Origin: Dudresnaya verticillata
Taxonomy: Eukaryota
NCBI GenBank assembly: GCA_977862235.1
Contig: OZ374560.1
Location: 2,604,001-2,668,000 of the forward strand
Reading direction: 5' to 3'
DNA length: 64,000 nucleotides
In this document: one piece after another, positions 60,491 through 64,000 of the stretch
Layout of the letters: every line of letters begins with the position of its first letter
Position numbering within the stretch: position 1 is the stretch's first letter
Position numbers and translations under genes: made by a program
Notes under the pieces: generated by a model
Database searches by the model: none
Told to the model about the DNA's origin: nothing
Seen by the model: the letters and a program-made list of their open reading frames with translations, nothing else

Positions 60491-63400
60491 GAAACAACTT
60501 TGCGGCAAATTGTCCGCCACTGTCCGATAGTAGGTACAACGGAGGTCTGTAGACGTAGACCCAATGCGTAATGAACGCTTCGGCGACTTTCGCAGCCGTT
60601 ATCTTCTTCATCGGAACTGTCCGAACGGGTTTGGAGAAACGGTCTGTGATGAAGAAGAGGAATCGATTGCCTCGCTTCGTGCGAATCAGTTCGCCATAGA
60701 TATCAATGGAGACAAACTCCAGGGGTGCTTTTGCTGGAAACAGCTTCATGTGCTTTGTATTACGGCGTAGAATAACGCGGTTGCGTGCACAGGTTGTGCA
60801 GTTTCGTACGGTGGCGTAACAGTCCACAGCCATGGAAGGCCAGTAGAATGATCTACGAAGTGAGTAATACATCTTGCGACCACCGGGGTGTCCGGATAGT
60901 TTCGGGAAGTGTGCGAGGTGTAACACCCGTGCACGGAGAGTGAATGGTATCAAAAGTTGAGGGAGTGCCTCTCGTGTGCGAATGAGGACTCCTGTCTCGT
61001 CTAGCGCGAACGATAACCCCTCCCCCCGTTAAGACGAGAACGCAGGGAGGTGCAGAAAGCATCTGTTAATTGCGTTTGAAGAAGCTCTTCCGTCGTGATA
61101 GGGCGTGAGTGCTCGGGTTGGGTTGAAGGCAGATTCGCCAGAAGGCGTTGGTCGGAGACTTCGTCATCCAATTAGAGGAATTCCTCCTTATCGCAAAGAG
61201 CACAGGTGGCGGGAGCGTCAGCCTCGACGTGGAAACACGGAATTTCGTTGTCGATATCGAATTGGGTTTCGCCAAGCGTTTGGAGACGCGAAAGGGCATC
61301 GGCTTGGGTGTTTATGCGCCCCTTCTTGCAGCGGACGTCAAAGTCGAATTCCGACATGCGTAAGCGCCAGCGCATAAGACGCCCGGAGGGATAATTAGTC
61401 TCCATGAGCCAACGAGGGGAGGAGTGATCGGTGTGTATGGTAAACTTCTCCATTTGTAGGTAGGGCCGTAAAGTGGTAGCAGCCCACACCAATGCCAGAC
61501 ATTCCTTCTCGGTAACCGAGTAGTTCTTTTCGGCAGCTTGCAGAGAACGGGACCAATACCCGAGTGGTTTTCTTGTACCGTCGGTGTGCGTTTGGAATAA
61601 GGCGCACCCGACCTCGTAGTTCAACGCGTCGGTATCGACAGAATAGGGTAAGCCGGGTTTCGGCAGTGAAAGTACCGGGGGTTCCGTGACCGCTTTGATA
61701 AGCGTCTGGAACGCTTCGGCTTGCGTGTCGTCGAGCGACGCAATATTGTCCGGGTGATCCTTTTTTAGGAGCCGGTTCAGTGGTCCTACCACGTGAGAGT
61801 AATTGGGACAAACCTCCGGTATACATTGCACAGTCCGAGGAAAGATCTCAATTCAGTTTGGGTACGTGGGTGTTTTGCTTTGCGGAGTACCGCAGTGACC
61901 GTTGGGGCGAACCGTAGTTCGCCTGGGCGGATAATATGGCCCAGGTAGTTGACGTTGTTTGTGAATAAATCACATTTCTTCAGTTTGAGGGTAACCTCTG
62001 CTTGGTTCAATGTAGTCAGGATCTGCTCGACATGTTCAGAGTGGGATTCCACGTCCTTCGAGTAGATGATCACATCGTCCAAGTAAACGAGGCAGGTCTG
62101 CCATTTGAAACCCGAGAGCAGTATATCCAGTGTCCTCTGGAAGGTAGCGGGAGAATTGCTCAGACCAAAAGGCATCCTCTTGTAGCGGAAGGTTCCCCAA
62201 TGGCATGTAAACGTGGTTTTGTCCCGATCGCGACCGTTGATGGGGATTTGCCAATACCCCGAGTTGCAATCGAGCGTAGTGAAGACATTTGCTTCGCCGA
62301 GTGAATCAATAAACTCATCGATGCGCGGTAACGGGTATGTATCCCGAACGCTTGCAGAATTTAGACGTCGGTAATCGACACAGAATCGTAAGGTACCGTC
62401 CTTTTTAGGCACCAATAAAACTGGAGATGCCAGGGAGACTGCGCCGGTTCTATGACTCCAGCTCGTAGCATGCGGTCAACTTCCGCTTGTTCCACTTGGC
62501 GTTGCTTCGGTCCAGCCCGATAGGGTGGACACGAGAACGGCCTCGTACCCGGGATCATATCGATGTAATGTTCCGTAGTGGTGATTTCACCTAGGTACCT
62601 CTCCCACATTGTAGAGAATCTACCAAGTAACTGTCGAACATGTTCGGCGTGACGCTCCATCAAGTGGGATAAATCCACGTCGCCCACGGAAGGTGGAGCT
62701 TCGTTTTCAGCTTCAAGGGTCTTCGCATGAGCGTCACCTTTGTTTGTCGTATTCGACAGTCTGCCCCGTCGTTGGGACTTTGTTGCGGTATCGTCCGCCA
62801 AGTCAACCAACCCAAGCACGTCCGCCAGCCGGATGGGACTGGGCACCACGGCGGTGGGATGCGGGAGGGCGGTCGCGACGACCTGGTTCTTTGGCAGAAC
62901 TTGGTCATGCGACGTAAAGTTCGCGACTAGAATGCGGAACGGCCGCTTTGATTCGACATGGGCTATTCCATTTGTCGTGATGATTCCCTGCCGGTGATAC
63001 GGCTTTTCGTAGGGCTGAAGGCAAATCAGCCCCGCGCGTTCTGTGGTTACTGAAACCCACTTTTGAGCTTGGGCGGGGATTACGATTCGTTCTGCGACAC
63101 GTATTTTTGTTGAGGTATGACCTCGTAGTGGCTCATACTCCTGATCGTCAGGTAGAGGTGGCGCCGTGGGCGGTCGTTTCAACGGTTGCAGTGTAATTGG
63201 CACGCGAGTCCTATTGTAGAGTTCGACTTCGCGGCTCCTCGGATAGATGGCTTCTACGAAGCGATCGCAGAAATCACATCCGAGGATGACCGGGGCGGCG
63301 AGTCTCTCGCAGACTATAAAGTCAAGTTTGACAATGCGGTCGCCAAGCCGGACAACCAAGGCGATTACGCCGCATGTTTGCAACGGCCGGTTGTTGGCGT

Positions 63401-64000
63401 CGCTGATGGTGGGGATGTCCCCTTCTCGAATGCGGGATTCCGCTTGGGGTGGTAGTTCAGATTTCCTGATAAAGTTGGGACCGGCACCGGTATCTAGCAC
63501 AGTGCGTTTACGCGATAGGTAGCTTGGGTGTAGACCCGTATCTGCGTATACTTTAAAGTTGCGCTTTGTCGATATCAGCAATTCGCCACGAATGTGCGGG
63601 GGACGGTACCGGTGCCAGAACCTGCGTAACCCCGCCGTCGGAGGTGCGGCAGAGGTCCTTCTAGCCATTGCAGGATTCTGCAGTATGATCTTTGGAGTTA
63701 TATCCTCCTACCTGTCGGTTCGTGACCCTTGAACTTCGGTTGGAGATAGTTCCGGCTGAAGTTCCCCAGTCAAAGGGGATGTGACCCGACTAGTTTTCCG
63801 AATTGCGGATGTCCGCTCGTCCGTCGCGTCCATTCGTAGGGGACTGGCCAACGGGCGCGAACGCCTGCGGGTGGCGTTCGCTGGTGTGGGGTACCACGTT
63901 AGATGGTTGCCCCTGGGTCGACCTTGAGGAGTTGCCTCATCGTATTGTGCCTGTGCTTTCGCCTTTATATAGGACGTAGCCGGCATGCACTCGCGGTCAA

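Larger units (their letters stand above)
57865..64000 (-). mobile_element. Second Ty3/Gypsy LTR retrotransposon, extends beyond the window; integrase internally deleted
   Basis: PR VLDTGAG, RT FCVDYRRLN...YLDD, RNase H DTDA...EKECLA, INT HxxxxxGHPG...CTTC...SDSGGQF cut near 60490. PPT GCGGGGGG at ~58702-58709 next to the putative 3' LTR. Confidence 0.92.

Overview
Eukaryotic genomic DNA. The compact genes, few short GT-AG introns with CTAAC/CTAAT branch points and the TE repertoire suggest a florideophyte red alga, but this is inference only. The window has two halves. (1) 1-25 kb is a gene island. It holds two paralogous secreted double-knottin (tandem C-C-CC-C-C) peptide precursors and a small family of divergent HET/TIR-like domain genes: one intact with a multi-TM N-terminus, one decayed copy and one standalone. 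It also holds a 3-exon Gly-rich/PH-domain protein, an N-acylated RING-H2 ligase, tRNA-Ala(AGC), an orphan membrane protein, a flavin monooxygenase pseudogene and an SP-rich secreted protein. (2) 26-64 kb is a nest of transposons. A CRE-like non-LTR RT relic is split by a Copia, an APE-type LINE and a chromodomain Gypsy that itself carries a non-coding insert. These are followed by an unclassified segment with covarying hairpins, a GalEa-like Copia, a DIRS-type tyrosine-recombinase element with a methyltransferase-like domain, and a second Gypsy with a long antisense ORF. The best candidate for a new system is the repeated pairing of a double-knottin gene with a convergent HET/TIR-like (putative NADase) gene, a possible algal defence locus. 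All domain calls are by-eye motif recognition, not database searches.
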